Shown here: in pieces, positions 25,347 to 37,672 of the stretch
How the letters are laid out: each line of letters begins with the position of its first letter
Numbering within the stretch: position 1 is the first letter of the stretch
NCBI GenBank assembly: GCA_028534125.1
Contig: CM052818.1
Span: forward strand, 10,170,001 to 10,234,000
Source of the DNA: Lama glama
Taxonomy: Eukaryota
Length of the DNA stretch: 64,000 nucleotides
Direction of reading: 5' to 3'
Made by a program: the position numbers and the translations under genes
Notes under the pieces: generated by a model
Database searches by the model: none
Told to the model about the DNA's origin: nothing
Seen by the model: the letters and a program-made list of their open reading frames with translations, nothing else

Positions 25347-26062
25347 TGTGGTAGGGTGTGTGTTCTCCAAAGGTGTCCATGCCCTAATCCATGGAAAGCA
25401 TGAACATGTGACCTTACATGGCAAAAGGGACTTTGCAAATTTATCAAATTGTACATCTGAAGTATCTGTAGTTTACTGTATAGAATTTATACCACAATAA
25501 AATTGTTTTTTAAAAAATGCCAAAAAAAAAAAAGGACTTTGCAGATGTCCTTAAGGTTAAGGACTTTAGAATAGAGAGATTATTCTGGAATGTTCAGGTA
25601 TACCCAGTATAATCCCTGAGAACTTTCTCTGACTGGATTCAGAGAGATGTGACAAAATTGGAGGTCAGAGCAATTTGAAGTGTGAGAAGGACTCAGTCCA
25701 CGGTGGCTGGAGGATTCCCCATAGGAAGCATGAATAGCAATGCAAGTAGCCTCTAGGAATGAGACAGCTGGCTCCTAGCTGACTGCCAGCAAGGAAACAG
25801 TGACATCAGGCCTACAGCCACAAGGAACTGAATTCTGCCAGCAACCTGAATCAACTTAGAAAAGGATCCTTCCCCAGGGCTTTCAGTAAGGAATGTGGCC
25901 TTGCCCAGACCCTGGTGTTGGCCTAGTGAGAAACTAAACAGAGGACCCAATCAAGTTCAGTTGGACTTCTGACCTACAGAAACTGTGAGATCATACATTT
26001 GTGTTGTTTCAAGCTGCTGAGTTTGTGGAAATTTGTTTTGGCAGCAATAGAAAAGTAATGCA
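25347..26062 (+). mobile_element. MaLR solo LTR, MLT1E/MLT1D-like, interrupted by a short L1 tail
   Basis: TGTGGTAGG start; CTTACATGGCAAAAGGGACTTTGCA; GACTTCTGACCTACAGAAACTGTGAGA; ends GCAGCAATAGAAAAGTAATGCA. Confidence 0.85.
25441..25533 (+). mobile_element. Severely 5'-truncated L1 3' tail with poly(A) and TSD
   Basis: ATCAAATTGTACA...TTATACCACAATAAA...A-tract, flanked by AAAAGGGACTTTGCA (25423) and AAAAGGACTTTGCA (25530). Confidence 0.8.
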
Positions 26063-27049
26063 ATTATGTATTAGAAAAACTGTACATAGAAGCTCTAATA
26101 TTTTCTTCCTCCACCCCAGTGGTTCATCTTGTGAATGCTTGAGGTGTGGGGAAAACCATTTGGAACCACTGTCATTCAGGATTCTAACTCCTACCTGGGA
26201 AAAGATCCAGAGATAACTTTTAGGCTGTATTTCTGAGCCATTCACAATAAATCTAGAGAGAAGAGGTGTCCTGCCCAAGTGCCAAGCAGTGTGAGGGTAA
26301 ATTCTGGATGTAACAACTTTAACAATTGTCACCAACTCTCCAAATGTCCTCATGGCAATGAGAGGGAAGTGGTGATGAGACCTAGGGTCCCAGCTGACGG
26401 GGTACCTATGGCTGGAGCTTGTGTTCTAAATGGAGTGTCATTCTTGCTCATGGCTTGATCACGTCCTTTCAGATTTCATAGCTGGTTATACTCCCAGTGT
26501 TCGCATGGCAACTTCTGTTCTGTGAGCACAGCAGATGTGATGGTGGCCCTGGTCTGCAGGACCTTATCCTACTTACAGTGACTCAGTGTGGGCTGTCTCT
26601 TGGATGTTTACAACAGTTGAGTGAGTGAGGGCACGGTCATCAAATAAGCTCAGAGAGGTTAAGTGATCTGCCTAAGATAGCAAGGCGATAAGCCACAGAC
26701 TCAACATACTTGAGACCTTAACGGGTCTGGATGTGGGAGCAGGTCTACATCACCAGGACACTGGGGAAGAAAGAGCATTGACACATGGGGAGTGACCATA
26801 CCCCAGCCAGGACTGACTTGAGGGTGTGTGCTGCTGTATTATGGTGAATGGAAGCACCTGCAGCACTGGGCCTCACTCAGCCCAAGTGTCTCACTTATAG
26901 ACTCTCTAAAGGTCCAGTCTAGCTGTTGAGTGTTGGCAGCACTGGACCCCAAACCTGCTCATACAGGCTAGTTCTAAAGAGTCACTTGGAGCCTTCAGGT
27001 TGCCATTGTGGGATCCAGTGCCCTGACCTTGCATCTGGCTTGGCTTCAT

Positions 27050-27450
27050 CTGCTCTCAAGCCTCCACTGAACAGGACAGGCTGAGCTAACCCCCCAGCAG
27101 GTAGCCCTCATCCTTCTCAGAGGGACTGGCTTTTCTGGACCCTCACTGCCCAGAAAGTCAAGCCCTATACCCTCTGTGTGGCATTCAAAGCCCCTCAAAA
27201 GGACTTTGCAAATTTTCTCTCTCTCTCTCCTCTCCCATGCAGCTCCCATGCCCCAGCCAGACTGGGGTTCTGGATTCCCCCAGCACACACCCTGCCCGTT
27301 CCTGACTCTGAGCTACTTTGTCATCACCTTCTTCATAGGCATCCATCTCCCTGTGTCCTTCCCAGCTTCAAACCCTGCTTTTAAAAAAGCCATTCCTGGT
27401 AAATCTGACCCACCTGACTGTTTCCCTCCCTGATCGCTCACAATTCCCAT
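27050..27450 (+). mobile_element. L2 fragment
   Basis: Pyrimidine-rich; AAAGTCAAGCCC...GGCATTCAAAGCCCCTCA resembles L2. Confidence 0.45.
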
Positions 27451-27659
27451 TGTTTGTCCCACACATTCTACCCATGATAGTCTTTTTGAATTAAGTTAAG
27501 AAGTAACCTATTTTTTAAAACACACTTAAAAATACTTTAAAAATTACTGTTAAGTCCTCTACCTAGTATTTCAGGGGGATCCAGAGGAACGTGGGCAACC
27601 AGTGATTGGACACTGTCGGTTTCTAGTGTCGTGCTGAGTTCTTTATGATCCTAACTTTA

Positions 27660-28620
27660 TGTGATCATGATTAACAAACACCCCATGACCAGGAAATTCT
27701 ACTTCGAGGAGCAACCCTAGAGAAAATCTGGGGCACAGGCATGGGCGAGGAATGTTAGGGTGCTTCTGCAGCATTATTTGTAATAGTGAAACAAGAGAAC
27801 AGCCTGAATGTCCATCAAGATAAATAAGTTGTGTTAAATCCATGTAGTGAAATCTTATAAATAAGTTGTGGTAAATTCATACAGTGAAATGCTATACCAC
27901 AGTGAAAAAGAATAAAGTAAAGTTACATGTAACAACTCAGACAAATCTTAGCAAACAACTTTAAAAAAAGAGTGACCAGTTGTGGAAGCAAATGTACCAT
28001 TTACATGAAATGTTAAGACACACCAAACAACTCTCTGTTTAGACATACACACGTAGAGTTGCATTACAAAAGTGCATGGGAATATAGACCAGGGATTGGC
28101 AAACTACATACACTGGCCATGTCCAGCCTGACACCTACTTTTTGTATGGCTTGTGAACTAAGAATGGTTTTTGCATTTTTCAATAGTTGATAAATTTCTA
28201 TTATATCTCAAAGCTGTAAAATATGTAAGAAAAAAGATGATTAAAAATCAAAAGAAAAACAATATTTATGACACCTGAAAATCACATGGAATTCAAATTT
28301 CAGTGTTCACAAATAAAACTTGTTGGAACACCACCACACTCACTGCTGCCTTTGTGCTCCATGGGCCTGGTTGAATACTTGTGACTGGGATCATATGGCC
28401 CACAAAGTTCAAAATACTCACTTATATGGCCGTTTTCAAAAAAAGTTTGCCAACTCTGGCTCTATATTAGATTCAAGGAATGCTTACCTCTGTTAAGGGA
28501 GGAAGAGGAATGGTATGGAGGGGGTAACAAGGGCAGTGACAATTACAACATTTTATCTTTTAAGGTGCTTATGGGTTGTATATTATTATTAATTTTCAAT
28601 AACTAAGGTATTTCATGATT
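27660..28620 (+). mobile_element. Old L1ME-type 3' fragment interrupted by MER58B
   Basis: GCAGCATTATTTGTAATAGTGAAA...CCTGAATGTCCATCAA; ~37-bp internal tandem duplication at 27820-27893. Confidence 0.7.
28090..28458 (+). mobile_element. MER58B-like hAT-Charlie element
   Basis: TIRs CAGGGATTGGCAAACT / AGTTTGCCAACTCTG; internal CTAAGAATGGTTTTT and AATTCAAATTTCAGTGT. Confidence 0.85.
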
Positions 28621-29139
28621 TTCAAACAGATGAACCTCCCCTTAGCACCTCCCTCCATAATAGGTACCATTACCATTCCTGGTTCATAGATAAGAAAGCA
28701 AGGCTTGGAGATGGTGATGGAAGTAAGCTCAAGAATGTCTGTTCCAAGGATCCCAAGCCCTGAGGGAGACTGTGCTGCCCGCCAGGGTCTGCAGGCCAGC
28801 TGGGAAGAAGGGACTTAACGTGGAGCTGAACATTCGCTCCCAGGTGACAGCCATTTTATGAAATCTCCCACCCACATCACCGGCATCTTCCGAGGATGAC
28901 AGGAGTGAGGCAGATAGGCCACCCTCTGCAACATTGCCTGGGACTGGATTGCCTAAATAGTCATTGGACCCAGTATTTTAGAGAACTTTCTGTTTCTTCA
29001 GGTCATTCCCACAGACTCAGGAATCCTGGGAGGAAGCAAGGCTGTCATTCTTGCCTGCATTGTGGAGATAGTTAAGGGGAGATTCTGAGCGGGGCTCAGT
29101 TCTTTAATATCCCTGAGGCTCGTTGAGGAGCTTGGATGC

Positions 29140-29350
29140 TGAAGTCTGACTGCAAGCCCCTGTGGTCACCTAGGTGACCTTGGACAAGTCCCACATTCTC
29201 TCCGAGCCTTAAGAGCCACATCTATTTAATGGGGACAACAATTAGTTCCTACTGCATAGGCCTGTTGTGGGGCTTAAATGAGATAATGCATGTCAAATGC
29301 TTAGTGGCGTTTCTAGATTGTGATGAGACTTTTGACATGCTGCCTATTGT
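29140..29350 (+). mobile_element. MIR
   Basis: GTGACCTTGGACAAGTC...CTCTCCGAGCCT...AATGGGGACAACAA...TTAAATGAGATAATGCATGT. Confidence 0.75.
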
Positions 29351-30074
29351 ACTGTTTTTGTTTTATTACTACTCCAATCCAGTCTGGAATTCCTCCCCAC
29401 AGTGCTGTTCATCACTGTTAAGACTTGGCCATGTTCGGGATGACTGGTCTTTGGCAAAGCTCGGGTGGTCAGTAACACTATATGATTCCTAGCATAACCA
29501 TAGGGAAATAGAGTCTCAGAGAATAACCTGCTGTGTCTCTGCTTTGTGTGTGGGGTCCATTGCCCCATGTTCTGGGCACTGGGACCTGCCTGCCTTTCCT
29601 CTGTAAATGTCAGAAACTCGAGTGTCCCAACCAACAGGGCAGGACAACCATTACCAAGTGGCAGTTGCTGGGCATTTATCTAAGTGGGCATGGTTTCCTT
29701 TGGTGCACAATTCATGGTAGTTATTCTTTTTTGAAGGGGTGGGGGTGCTCCTTTTCTTTCTCTGGTGAGCTGCTTGTAACAAAGATGGGTGGGGAGAGGC
29801 ACTGGAGTGAGGGGTTGAAGTGGGCCCCGGGGAGTGGGATGGGATTGGCATGGTTCGGAGACTGACTGGCCAGACCCAGGAGGGCTGGAAAAGAGAGGCA
29901 GGGGTGGGCACTGAGAGATGAAGTACTTGCTGTGCTCAAGTGCACCATACGTTTGTGTTCTTGGGTGGCCAATGTTCAAATGTAGCAAGGGGCTTGGTGT
30001 TCAAAACCAGTTAGCTTCAGGTGCTTCAAAGGGGCTTGACCTAAAGTGAACATCTTGGCTGGGATTTGCAGGCA

Positions 30075-30320
30075 GGCTTCTTGGGTTTGCGAGTGACAGA
30101 AACTCAGCTCAAACTAGTCATAAACATAAAAGGGGAATTGTTGGCTCATGTACCTGGGAGTGCAGAGGAACGTGGGTTGCAGGTATGGCTGGATAGGGGC
30201 CTCACCAGGTTGTCAGGGGTCTGTCTCACTCTCCATCTCTCAGACATTTTCCCCTGAGGCCAGCAGCCCCAAACTCATGAGCTATCAGCAGAGATGGGAA
30301 GATTAAGTTTTTCTGTATAA
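30075..30320 (-). mobile_element. MLT1K/L-like LTR fragment
   Basis: TTGCGAGTGACAGAAACTCAGCTCAAACTAG...AAAGGGGAATTGTTGGCTCATGTA...CAGGTATGGCTGGAT. Confidence 0.65.
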
Positions 30321-31734
30321 TGCCAGCAGACTCTGTGGAGGAGGGTCTGGCTGACTGGGCATGAGAAACTGGCCCTCTCTGTTAGGAGAGGAGATATTTA
30401 TTACTCAGTACAGGGCAGCATGAGCCTCAGGTCCTTTTTGCCACCTCACCATGAAAATGAGGATGGTTTTAGTGGTTAGTGTATTCCCTTTTATTTTGCC
30501 TTAGTCTCATCTACACAAACTAGAAAATATAAATGTGTGCGCATTCTAAAGCTGTTTTAAAAGGGGGAAATGGGCAGAATCTGTAACACTGGAAACTCAG
30601 TGTTTAACACAAGAAACTGTTCTTGTCTGTTCTTGTTCATCCGTATACTTAAGCCACCTCACTGTTACTCTGTGAGACTTCCTTGCCCTGCTGTCTCTTT
30701 TTGGCTGAGATAGGGGATGAGTTCTAACTTCGGTTTTGCTTGTGAATGTAAACAAAGTCTGATCTCCCAGCCCCAGTACATCAGGGCTGTGCCCACAGAG
30801 ACCTTGAAAATACACGGTTTTCCCTAGAGCTCCAAACCGAGTCCCCTGGGGACAGACTGTCTCTCCGGGCCCTGGGGAGAAATCCAACTTCACTTGGTAC
30901 TGTGGAGGGGCTGCTCTGGGGAAGAGCTCTGACCATCCTGTGGTAGATCCTCTCCTTCCCTTCTTTTTCTTTCAGCAGGTGATGGTCCTTTGCATGAACA
31001 TGAAAGATACTAAACTGGGGTCCAAGAACTGGCTTTTGGGGGTCTTTTGTCACAGGGTAGAGTCTACACGTGTGACTCAAGGCTTGTTGGCTGCTGCAGT
31101 TTGGAGGGCTCAGGATCAACAGCCAAGTCTTCGTTTTCTGGAAAAACGGCTTGCTGAATCTTTGCAAATCTTGCTTTGAGGCTACGGAAAGCCTTTTGTG
31201 TCCTTCCTTTGTGCCTGGCTGGAAACTTTCCCCCTCTAACTGTGTCACGCCCACCTGGAGCCCCCTTGGAGTAAATTAGAAGCTTTCCTTTTACAGGGCA
31301 GCCCCTACATCTTCCTGGTCTCCTGAGTAGTGACTAATGCAGCTCTTCCCTTCTCCAGAAAGCTGGTTAGTAGAGCCCAGCTCCTCACCTGGTGGCAGGG
31401 AGGAGTCTTCATTCCCAGTCCTCCCATCCACCCCCTGGCTCTGCCTCCCCTCCTTCCTCCTTCCTCCTTCCATCCTTTACAGCTTCATTTCATATCTGAC
31501 TTTCTTCATAATCCAAACTTCAAAAGCATTTCTGATCTGTACTGCCCGATTCTTGTTTTTCTATGTTGTTCTCTATTTATGTGCACCCCCCGTGTGTTCT
31601 TACTACTGGGCTAAGCTGTGGAGGAGGAGGGGCAGGGGTCATGGCTTCTCCTTCCTCTTCCTACCCCCATACTAGAACTCACCTTTGTGTTGGACAGATA
31701 GTAGAAGCTGAAGAAGTACTTGTTGATTGAGTTT

Positions 31735-31850
31735 TTTAAAAAAATGCCAACAGAACTCTTTGTTCAAATAAAGTCTTAAGTGGAAACTAAAACATGTAAA
31801 AAGAATAAGCAGAAGTGTTCTGGTAGAAAGAGGAGCCTGGAATCCCACCA
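31735..31850. mobile_element. MER103-like DNA transposon fragment
   Basis: CAGAACTCTTTGTTCAAATAAAGTCTTAAGTGGAAAC...ATGTAAAA; a related fragment lies at ~48620-48700. Confidence 0.5.
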
Positions 31851-32119
31851 GCTTGACCCTTTTCCCACCTTATTACTGGCCTCCTCCCCAGGCCCCCGTC
31901 CAGTCCAGCCCCACATCAGCTCATGGAAGTCTTAGGGACAGGCCCACAGCCATGCTCACTGCATATCTGCTGATTTGCTTGATTGATGTTGAAATTCATG
32001 GCACATATTTTCTGTGGCTTGAGTCACTGGCATGGGTTTCTTGGGGAGCAAATCTGTTGGGCCGAGCAGAGTCCCTACTTGTGATGGGGTGTCCTCCTTG
32101 CCTGGTAGTCCGTCTAGAC

Positions 32120-32319
32120 CAGAGGTTAGCAAACCTTTTCTATAAAGGGCCAGATGACAAATCTTTTAGGCTTTTGGGGCCATGAGGCCTCTGTCACAGC
32201 CACTCAGCTCTGCAGTTGTAGAGAGAAAGCAGCCATAGACACCATGTAAACAAATTAGGATGGCTGTGTTCCAGTAAAACTTTACCTACAAAACAGGTGG
32301 CATGGTTTGCAGACCCCTG
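32120..32319 (-). mobile_element. MER58A hAT-Charlie element with perfect 8-bp TSD
   Basis: TIRs CAGAGGTTAGCAAAC / GTTTGCAGACCCCTG; TSD GTCTAGAC at 32112-32119 and 32320-32327. Confidence 0.9.
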
Positions 32320-32759
32320 GTCTAGACCAAAAATTTAGTTGGCTTCAGGGAAGGGTCTTTATGATGACCAGAAGAAGGAGGTTAATAAGTCAAGGTTACT
32401 TTGAAGGTGTCACCAGTACTGGGCTGTCTGTGCTGAATGCTTTAGGTTATATTTCCTCTTTTAAGGCTCAGATGGGCAAATGGGGGCCAGTTAACCTTCT
32501 TTAAGGTTGCTATTCTCTGCTGTTTCCACAAGCCACCTTTTAGAAACTTTATTATTAAGTTAGATGCCTCCAGTTTAAAGAACTATGACGTAATCCCATC
32601 AGTTTAGGAAATGGGGGATTATTGGAAGGACACAAGAAGGTGAGGAAAAACAGAAAATCTTCAGAGCCGCCAGAGAGCATGCTTCACTGAGAACCAGAAC
32701 ACCACTTGAGGCCACATGGGTTTTAACAGGAGGACGAATCATCTTGCGAATGAAATCTG

Positions 32760-32960
32760 ATGTTCCATAATCAAACTGTCCAGTTCAAATTCCAGCTCTG
32801 CTGTTTATCAGCTGTGTCGCCTCCCTAGCCTCAGTTTCCCCATCTGCAAAATGATGACAACAATAGTACTGACCCCACAGGGTCCTTGTGAAGGTTCAGT
32901 GAGGTCAGGTGTGCAAGGGCCTAACAGGCACAAAGTCGTGCTCAGCGAGCATGGTTGCTG
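32760..32960 (+). mobile_element. MIR
   Basis: GTTCAAATTCCAGCTCTGCTG...GCCTCAGTTTCCCCATCTGCAAAATG. Confidence 0.8.
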
Positions 32961-34950
32961 TTGACAGAGGCTCCATTAATCATGTAGTTATTGACAGGTT
33001 CTACCAACAGGGGTACTGTCCACTCCAGCGCTGGTAGTTGGAGTGATTCAGTTACACTTTTCTGTTCTCCTGTGTCTGCCATTACTTGCTGAAGATGGCC
33101 CCCCTCTCACAGCCAGATATTCCAAGAGGAGAGCTGATGGCTCTGCCAGATGTTATCCAGGATTGAGCAGCCCTGCTGGGCACTGTTTTCACACTAGGCC
33201 ATCTCACTGGCCTTCTGGCAGCCTATGAATAAGCCCCTTGTTTATTCAGAAATAGCCAGGACAACCCATACCTGAGAACCCCCTCAGACTGGGCTCAGGA
33301 AGGCATCTTGCAGAGCCTGTTCAGTGTGACACTCTGGGGAGCTCGGTTACCCATCAGGAACCCTTCCCGGATTATGCGATGACACCAGTGCTCTACTGGT
33401 AAGGGCCCTGTCTCCACCGCACACCACAAGCATCCCTCCCTGCCTCTACTGGGATTCTGTTTTCACTTTTCCTCTTACACGTTCTCAGTCTAGAGCAAGA
33501 ATTAAATATCTGTATTGGAAGCTAGAAATGTTGGGTCCCAAAGCAAATTCTCCGGAGAGAGTCCCTGTAGAGCAATGTCTCTGAACTAAGGAGGTGAGTA
33601 CAGAGGGGTGACCCTGACACATTCCCTAAGGAGCCCCAAATCTCTTAACTGAGTGTCCTTTCCCAAGATTGCCCATCCCTCGTGGAAGTGGGAATTGTAG
33701 GTGAAAGGGGTTCTTGGCATAGATTTACATGTCTGTGGCTCCCTGAAAACATCCCTCAGTTAATCAACAGGGCAGCTGCCTCATGGTTTACTGGACTGGC
33801 TTTTTGGAGACCCTTTGGGGGGCTGTCTCTATAAAATTTGCTCTTAGGCTCTTAGTAGACTTGAGGTAGGCTGTTAGTTGAAGCTTCAGAATCTCCTTTC
33901 TTTAATTCCTTCAGCTAAGTCCCAGCCTCTTGACCTCTGGGTCCCAGTGCCGAGCCCGGCTCTGGATTTATCTACCCCACTGGGGCCCAAATGCCTGACT
34001 TGTTAGCCATGCTGAATGGTTTTATTTGTTTTTGTTGTGCATTTTTATCATTTCTGTTCATGTGTCTGGAGGCTTTCCTTAGAAAATGATGGATGTTTTT
34101 TCATAAATCAAAAAATAAATGTGAAATGATACAAAGGCAAGAAATAGACCCAAGCCTGGAATTTGCCACTCTAGGTTGGAAGGAGCTGCTAGCTATTTCC
34201 CAGTGAGAATGCACTTTTTGATTTTATAAGGTCAGATCCTGACTTATTTCACAGAAACCATTTTAAGAGCATTTCCTAATAATAACGGCCACAATAATGA
34301 TGGTAATAATTCCAGCTGTGCCTGGTACCATGCTAAGTGCTTAACATACATGACCACATTTAACTCTCACAACAATCCTATGGACTAGATTCTGTCATTC
34401 CCATCATACAGATGAGTAAAGAGAGGTTCATGTGGCTTTTTAAAAAACTGAAGTATAGTCAATTTCATTGTCTCAATTTCTGGTGTACAGCATGATGTTT
34501 CAGTCATACATATACATACATATATTGGTTTTCATATTCTTCTTCATTATAGGTTACTACAAGATATTGAATATAGCTCCCTGTGCTATACAGAAGAAAT
34601 TTGTTTTTAAATCTATTTTATATTATAGTAGTTAATATTATAATTATATTATAGTAGTTAATATTGCGAATCTCAAACTCCCAGTTCATCTCTTCCCACC
34701 CCCTTTCCCCCCAACCCCATAATCATAAGTTTGTTTACCATGTTTGTGAGTCTGTTTCAATTTTGTAGATAAGTTCATTAGTGTCTTCTTTTTCTTTTTC
34801 TTTTTTTAAGATTCCACATATGAGTGATATCATATGTTATTTTTCTTTTTCTTTCTGGCTTATTTCACTTAAAATGATGATCTCCAGATCCATCCATGTT
34901 GCTGCAAGTGGCACTATTTTATTCTTTTTTATGGCTAAGTATTATTCCAT

Positions 34951-34953
34951 TGT

Positions 34954-34993
<40 letters not shown>
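34951..34993. repeat. (TG)n microsatellite within the L1
   Basis: Seen directly. Confidence 0.95.
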
Positions 34994-34996
<3 letters not shown>

Positions 34997-35235
34997 ATCT
35001 CACAGCTTCTTTATCCAGTCCTCTGTTGATGGACATTTAGGTGGTTTCTGTGTTTTGGCTATTGTATATAGTGCTGCTATGAACTAGGGTGCATGTATCT
35101 TTTAGAATTAGAGTTCCCTCTGGATGTATGCCCAGAAGTGAGATTGCTGGATCATATAGTAGGTCTATTTTTAGTTATTTTGAGGAGTCTCCAAACTGTT
35201 TTCCATAATGGCTGCACCAAACTACATTCCCACCA

Positions 35236-35382
35236 GGGGGAGGGAATATAGCTCAAGTGGTAGAGCATGCTTAGCATGCATGAGGTCCTGGGTACAATCC
35301 CCAGTACTTCCTCTAAAAATAAATAAATAAGTAAACATAATTACCTACCCCCCCCAAAAAAAAAGTAACTTAAAAAAGCCTC
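35236..35382 (+). mobile_element. tRNA-Ala-derived SINE (camelid Vic-1 type)
   Basis: GGGGGAGGGAATATAGCTCAAGTGGTAGAGCATGCTTAGCATGCATGAGGTCCTGGGTACAATCCCCAG (A and B boxes, tRNA-Ala(AGC)-like), then AAATAAAT...CCCCCC-A tail; perfect 15-bp TSD ACTACATTCCCACCA (35221-35235, 35383-35397). Confidence 0.9.
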
Positions 35383-35901
35383 ACTACATTCCCACCAACA
35401 ATGTAGGAGGGTTCCATGTGGTTTGTTGTTTAATTAAGGTCCCACGGCTGGTAAGGAGTAGAATTAAAACACAGGTGTCCCTGATGCAGATCTCATGCTC
35501 TTGACTGCCATATTGAACTCCTTTTTAGGGATTGCTGGAGGTGCTGAGGAGTTGTGGCTTCTCCTACCAGCTCTACTGGCAGGCAGGTGGCTGGGAGAGG
35601 TATGGTGGCTCCCAGTGGATGGGTTCATGGAGTTCTCTGGTGTCATTGGCTCTTTTCATGGAGTGCCCCTGAACTAGAATACCAACATTGCTGGGTGGCA
35701 CACTGGACCTGTTCCCCACAACTGTTTCTTCATGATGCCTTGGACAATGTCACTGTAACCACCAGCAGGAATTCCCCTCCTTCCTGTTTCGTCACCCTGC
35801 AGCCAAGGACTCCTCTTCCCCTAGGGTGTCCTTTAGGACCTTAACCCAGAATGGGAATCTGATACAAACCAGAAGGCAATTGGTGAGAGTCCACATGCTT
35901 C

Positions 35902-36150
35902 CTGTGTTAGTCACAAGTCCTCTGGTTGTAAGTAACACAAGCACCACTGGGACCAGCTTGAGAAGAAAGGACATGTGTGATGTTTATTGGTTCATGTGAC
36001 CAGAGCAGAAAATCATTTTTCTTCTTCTTTGGGGGGTGGCTCCTGATTTCCCTACTCAGTCCAGTGCCAATCCTTGGGCCAGTCAGAGGGATGGGGAAAC
36101 TGATTAGCTCAACCCTGGTTATAAGATCAGTTCTCTGACAAGAGGTATGT
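35902..36150 (-). mobile_element. Old MLT1-type LTR fragment
   Basis: TGTGTTAGTCA...CTCTGGTTGTAAGTAACA...CCAGCTTGAGAAGAAAGG. Confidence 0.45.
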
Positions 36151-37312
36151 AACTGTGTTTGGCTGATGGATCCATAGAATCAAAGTAGGGGAGGATGAAG
36201 CCCACAAAAAAGAAAGTTGCTGTTTTTGCAGATAATTTGGTAAATGTCTAGGACCTTTTCTATTGCTTTTCTTGCATACCCTGCCTCCCTTCTTTGTCTG
36301 AGCTACATGTCCAGCCCAAGTCAAAGTTGCAGCATTAATCTCTGGTGAATTTGTGAACAATCCCACTTGATCTTTCCCTGCCCAGAACAATGCTGGGTGC
36401 CCCATCCCACTGGGGGTGTCACTTGTTGTAGGTGTCCATATTCTGTCTTAGGGCTTCTGACATCAGACCCTGTTCTTTGCTCAGGGTTGGAGATTTCAAG
36501 TGGTGTCACTAGGAACAGTGCAGGATTAGAGAGGGAATTAAGCCCATAGAGTTTCTAACTGGCCAAGTTTGGAATTTTCCATGCAGCAGAACTTAACCTC
36601 TGTGACCATCTGGACCTGAGTTCTATCCTGATACTGTGTTCTTTTTCTGACGTTTGAACAGTAACAACATCTGTAGTTTTGCAAAAGGTTCTTTCACAAT
36701 TTTATGAGTGTGTGTAAATAGGGTAATTAGCCCAATCACTTGCTGTTTCTTCATCTTTGTATAGCACCACCTGGCCTGGGAGCATGTCACGCTGCTGAAC
36801 TCCAGGCAGTGAGGCAGGGCAAACCACCACCTTGATGGGACTTGGGAATTAGGAGTTTCAAGACCCTGCTCTGGAACTTTGGCAAGGAAACCCATTCCTT
36901 CTTCTTGATGGGCAAGGATGAAAGTTTGGGAAGTTTCTAAACAAAATATTTTTAAAAGCAACTTAAATAAGAAAACAAAGAAACTTCTAGTAACTATCTT
37001 TACAGTGAATGAGTCTTGCTCTGCTTCCTGCCTGGTGACCTCATTACACAATGGTGTTTTAGCTGCGCTGCTCCACCCAAGAAGTAGTTTAGAGCTTTGG
37101 CCAAATCCCTTCTTGTGTTGTTCCAATTTGTTTTTCATGGTTGATCTTGTCTCGTCAAAGGTGTCATAAGCTCTCTGAGGAGAGGAAGCCTATATACTGT
37201 TCGTTTTGCCAAGCACATGGTAGGCACTTGATAAACCTTCCTTGGCTGAGGAGTTGTGGTTGTAATTATGTGTGTGTGTGTATGTGTGTGTTTTGGGATG
37301 GGGATGGGAGTG

Positions 37313-37672
37313 TGTATTAGTTCACTAGGGCTGCCATAATGCAACAGGCTGGGGGGCCTAAAAAACATGAATTTATTTTGTCATAGTTCTGGAGGCTGGA
37401 AGTCCAAGATGAAGGTGTTATCAGAGTTCATTTATGACGAGACCTCTCTTCCTGGATTGTAGATGCCTTCTTACTGTGTCCTTGCATGGTCTCTGCCCTG
37501 CATGTATGTGAAGAGAAAGAGATCTCTTGTCTGTTATTCTTCTTAGAAGGACACCAGTCCTATCAGATTAGTGCCCTACCTTTATGACCTCATTTAACTT
37601 TAATTACCTCCCTAAAGGCCCTGTCTCCAAATACAGTTAGGACTTCAACACAAGACCATTTTAGTCCCTAAG
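37313..37672 (-). mobile_element. MLT1A-like MaLR solo LTR
   Basis: TGTATTAGTT..CTAGGGCTGCCATAA...AGTTCTGGAGGCTGGAAGTCCAAGAT...ATGACCTCATTTAACTTTAATTACCTCCCTAAAGGCCCTGTCTCCAAATACAGT. Confidence 0.9.

Larger units (their letters stand above)
34440..35414 (-). mobile_element. 5'-truncated artiodactyl/camelid-type L1 3' end
   Basis: Antisense L1 3'UTR and ORF2 tail (TTTCTGGTGTACAGCA, CCCTGTGCTATACAG, CCATCCATGTTGCTGCAA, ATTGCTGGATCATAT); TSD approx. CATGTGGCTTT / CATGTGGTTTG. Confidence 0.9.
34290..35510 (-). mobile_element. MIR split by an L1 insertion (halves ~34290-34428 and ~35426-35510)
   Basis: CATGCTAAGTGCTT...CTCACAACAATCCTAT...CAGATGAG on the left; AAGGTCCCACGGCTGGTAAG...CATGCTCTT on the right. 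Confidence 0.75.

Noticed and set aside
30950..31060. Strong NAGNAG acceptor (polypyrimidine-CAGCAG) and a possible exon
   Set aside because: The downstream donor is weak (GTAGAG) and the peptide is unrecognisable. Such tracts are common in introns.
35236..35312. tRNA-Ala gene
   Set aside because: The acceptor stem and B box are degenerate, and the sequence is followed by an A-rich tail and bounded by a 15-bp TSD. It is a SINE.
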